A stretch of 45,089 nt of DNA from a virus (Duplodnaviria > Caudoviricetes): the IMG/VR virus record IMGVR_UViG_3300017766_004457, positions 1-45,089 of that record; one strand, written 5' to 3'. This document shows positions 44,315 through 45,089 of the stretch, in pieces; position 1 is the first letter of the stretch; each line of letters begins with the position of its first letter. Under the pieces are notes generated by a model, which was not told the DNA's origin, did not search any database, and saw only the letters and a program-made list of their open reading frames with translations. The position numbers and the translations under genes are program-made.

Positions 44315-45089
44315 AGAAAGTTACCTCTTTCCCTTGTAGCACCTCTGATTCGTTCACTCTTAGGGGCGCTATGCCTGTAAAGCTGCCCTCAGTCTTCCCT
44401 GTGTACGAGAACAGGAGATCCCCGCAAGCGAGCTTCCCGACTGAGGGAAACGATAGCGTGGAGCGCACCTCTAGCGTTGAATCTCCGTAACTCCAGCCTG
44501 TAGTTATATAGGTGCAGGCGCGACCACTAAGGTCGTTAAATAGCGCACCTAAAGAATCCAGTAGCCCCGAAAGCGCCCCCGGCTGCTTATTGTCGGTGAA
44601 TCCAACACGGGATCCTGCAGCCAAATGTGGCGGAAAGAACTGGCGCAAAGTGTACGTCTCGGGGGTATGTATCCCTGGGAGCGCAGCTATAGCGTCCTGT
44701 AGCGCCGCAAGCACGACCCCTTCGGAGAGCAGCAGCAGGTCATAGCTGCCCTGAGGGAGCGCCGGCGTATACGTCGTTAATATGCCGTGCCTGCGCGCGA
44801 TGCTGAGCCCTGTTCTGCTCACCCCATTAAAGCAGTCATATATATTAATCCCATCTGTTAACTGCACCGCGTAGAACTGCCCCCTTAAAAAGGGCCCGTA
44901 GATGTCCAGCCGCGACCCGCCCTGCATAGAGACCTCGGCGGAAGGTACACTGAGCGCCGCTGCGAACGGATCATAAACGCTACCAAAACCCGTGTCCCTC
45001 GCTAGAGCGTTAAACGCTGCGTCAAAAGGGTCGCCAAACCCCGCATCAGGGTACTCTGCAGGGGGGACTAGTGTTGGGCTTCCGAAGCC
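44304..45089 (-). CDS. Putative baseplate/virion protein, 5'-truncated by the window edge
   Basis: Frame is open to the window end (GFGSPT..GFGDPF..GFGSVY..MQGG); TLEVRSTLSFPSVG..FSYTGKTEGSFTGI motif is typical of structural proteins. Confidence 0.65.
   Translation of the reverse strand, partial: GFGSPTLVPPAEYPDAGFGDPFDAAFNALARDTGFGSVYDPFAAALSVPSAEVSMQGGSRLDIYGPFLRGQFYAVQLTDGINIYDCFNGVSRTGLSIARRHGILTTYTPALPQGSYDLLLLSEGVVLAALQDAIAALPGIHTPETYTLRQFFPPHLAAGSRVGFTDNKQPGALSGLLDSLGALFNDLSGRACTYITTGWSYGDSTLEVRSTLSFPSVGKLACGDLLFSYTGKTEGSFTGIAPLRVNESEVLQGKEVTFYDK

Noticed and set aside
1-45089. Stop-codon reassignment or a self-splicing intron/intein
   Set aside because: Core genes are full length in the standard code and end with TAA, TAG and TGA; polA, terL, nrdJ and thyX show no large insertions

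Overview
This is a 45-kb slice of a tailed dsDNA bacteriophage genome, most likely a contractile-tailed myovirus, using the standard genetic code. No integrase, repressor module, CRISPR array or reverse transcriptase is visible. The left arm (minus strand) carries a head-associated protein, portal, Dps/ferritin-like protein, dCMP deaminase, ThyX, three small membrane genes (possible lysis cassette), two paralogous ~690-aa virion proteins, a 1776-aa mosaic tail fibre, an SSB-like protein and a primase/VapE-helicase fusion. The centre carries a Cas4/RecB-like exonuclease, SF2 helicase, small and large terminase, a Dam-like methyltransferase lacking its catalytic motif, a RecU-like resolvase, an RHH protein next to a ~280-bp degenerate inverted repeat (likely replication origin), a KTSC protein, a family A polymerase with an atypical motif B and a class II RNR. 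The right arm carries small accessory ORFs, an FGE/C-type-lectin protein with a DGR-like variable tail plus a decayed copy of its 5' end, two MazG-fold nucleotide hydrolase-like proteins, an amidase, PhoH, tRNA-Val(TAC) and baseplate-like genes. The best leads are the origin-like palindrome with its adjacent RHH gene, a possible non-standard nucleotide system (PolA variant, DUF550, Nmad1-like, dead Dam), the orphan DGR-type target, and 23-bp tandem repeats that copy gene stop codons. All family calls are from motif recognition by eye, not database searches.
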